From the NCBI GenBank assembly GCA_963777605.1, contig CAVZRV010000035.1, forward strand, positions 64,001 through 128,000: a stretch of DNA of 64,000 nucleotides. The letters are read 5' to 3'. Position numbers and translations under genes: made by a program. Shown one piece after another: positions 62,206 to 64,000 of the stretch. How positions within the stretch are numbered: position 1 is the stretch's first letter; each line of letters opens with the position of its first letter. The notes under the pieces were generated by a model that worked only from the letters and a program-made list of their open reading frames with translations, had not been told where the DNA came from and did not search any database. The DNA comes from an uncultured Acidobacteriota bacterium (GTDB lineage Bacteria > Acidobacteriota > UBA6911 > RPQK01 > JAPXNP01).

Positions 62206-63503
62206 TTACCGGGCTTGTGAGGTAACCGATCTGCCCAGCGGGAGGCTGGAAGAGACGATGCCTCGGATCGTGCGAAGGCTGGTCGCGACGATCAGTTGAT
62301 CGGAGACGATTTCGATGGTTCCTTCCGTGTCCTGTTCCGCCAGATCGGGAAGCAACTCGTCCAGAAACCAGGCTCTCTGCTCGCCAGGTTCCAGGGTTCG
62401 CTCCACCTCCTGGAGAGGACTCGGCCGAGGAAAATAGAAACGGATCGACACCGTTGCGGTTTCGTCCCGAGAGATTGGCCAGCGCCAAACCGGTATTGGT
62501 CTCTTCCGCGACTTCCTTTTGGAAGACTCCGAAGAAGCGGTAACCCGGAGTCGCTGCCTCGATCCCGGCTTCGGACACCGGATGGTTGTCTGGACCAGGA
62601 TCCTGTAGACTGAGGCGAATTCAATCGGGTACCTGGAGGTCAGGCAAGCATACCCGTGATCCAGACCGGAGCCCGAATCCACCGTGCGAATGATCTTGGG
62701 TCTCAAGCCGACGAGCTCGAATTCGGCAGGATTGCCCAGTCCTCCGTCAAGTCCGATCGCCGACAATTCCCCGGAAGGGTCCAGGAACTCAAGTCGAAGA
62801 GGGGCATTGAATACCGTAGTCGGTAGGGCTGGTCAGGCTCAACTGGGTCTGCAATTTCAGATCGGTTCCCGCAATCGGGCCGTGGGCGACCTGAGTGACG
62901 CACCTCTGAAAGACCGGCTGTTCGACGAAGACCACCCAGATCATGAAACACTGTTTCGGGAACGGCCGGGTTGTCGTACTCGATCTCGACGCGTCGGATC
63001 CTGCCCTCCTCGTTCTCCACTGGGTACAGTAAAGTCCATCAGTAGTCATCCGAGAGGTCGTGTACTTGTTTCTCACCCAATTGGACCCATCCACATCGAG
63101 ATAGCGGATTGTCGCCTCGGTACTCACTGCGGCACCAAGTTCAGCGCAAGACTTCGGACCGGAGTGTCAAAGGAAATCACGAGGGCCCCGGCGTCCGTGC
63201 CGGACGGTGCCGTTTTGAATCACCGTTCGTCGACCTGCGATTCATATTCCTCTGGTGGAGAACAGCTAGAGTTCGACTGACAGGGCGCTTCCCGGAATGA
63301 CTGGTCAACTGGATTCCCCACTGCGAGAAGAGCTCGCCGGCGTCCGAGCCTTCGGGTTGCGGCGGAGGGACGAGTTCCACCCGGTCTTCGGAGTAGAAAA
63401 TGCCCTCGTCTTGTGCCAACGCCACCATCGTTCTCATCAGGATCCCAACCCACAGTAGTCCCCACAGCAACACTCGACTCGACGCGATCCTCCTCCGGTC
63501 CAT
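62206..63503 (-). pseudogene. Secreted protein with a DUF5719-like C-terminal domain, split over about 5 frames
   Basis: Signal ...LAQDEG; later NTGLALANLSG, ERTLEPGEQRAWFLDELLPDL and EGTIEIVSDQLIVATSLRT in successive ORF pieces. Confidence 0.55.
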
Positions 63504-64000
63504 TGAGCTTCTCCAATTCCCCCCCAGTCCGTTTCAGTTCACTTTCACTCGTAACAGGCTCGCGTCCTATATCCTGCCACTGGGACCCCGGGAGAGGAAG
63601 CAAAAAAGGCCGCTGTCTCCGCTCGTCCGGTTCCGCATGTTGCCGGAGGAGCGGCGCGGATTCCGGGTAATGAAATTGTGCGAAGAACGTGCCCTGGTGG
63701 AAGCCGTAGCGGGAGAAGATCCGATCATTGGGGTGTACACAGCCCTTCTCAGCTAAACGGGACTCCGGAAACAGTCAGGGCGGCGGCTTCGCTGGAGACA
63801 AGTCGATCTAAGCCGGCGGTTGGTTCGAGCAGAACAGACCAAGAGCAAACGCTCGTGGCCCGCACAGAGAGAAGAAAGTCCAAATTGCGAGGTGCGAAAG
63901 ACGACAGTGTCAAGTCCTGATTAAAAGTTGACAGTTTGTTTTGAGGTTTTGAGTTCGTCGTCGGGCCTGTGGGAAAGTGGGAAACGCCTGAACCATTGGG

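Noticed and set aside
63905-64000. Possible IS end at the window edge
   Set aside because: No transposase or partner inverted repeat is visible within the window

Overview
GC-rich bacterial accessory region, with gene families that suggest Acidobacteriota (inference only). It contains no housekeeping genes, no intact tRNA or rRNA gene and no integrase. (1) About 6.9-23.0 kb, minus strand: a plasmid-like conjugative module with an iteron origin (7 x 16 bp), a Rep initiator, a VirB2-3-4-9-10-5-6-8 type T4SS, a Replic_Relax-like candidate relaxase, VirD4, VirB11 and a RepB'-type primase; many of these genes are frameshifted. (2) From 6.5 to 43 kb: seven co-oriented tRNA fragments of four isotypes (Pro, Arg x3, Val, Cys x2). 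They start at the anticodon loop or arm, carry integrase-att-like arm repeats, and partition small cargo blocks (serine hydrolase, subtilase, HEPN-MNT and HigBA toxin-antitoxin pairs, secreted proteins). (3) At 55.2-58.7 kb: a four-gene cluster with a stand-alone pro-domain copy, a trypsin-like protease bearing 18 xKE repeats, a degenerate ATP-grasp protein and an intact ATP-grasp ligase, which is a candidate undescribed peptide or protein cross-linking system. The window also has IS6 remnants, an IS1634-family element and several internally deleted pseudogenes. All calls come from reading motifs by eye; no searches were run.
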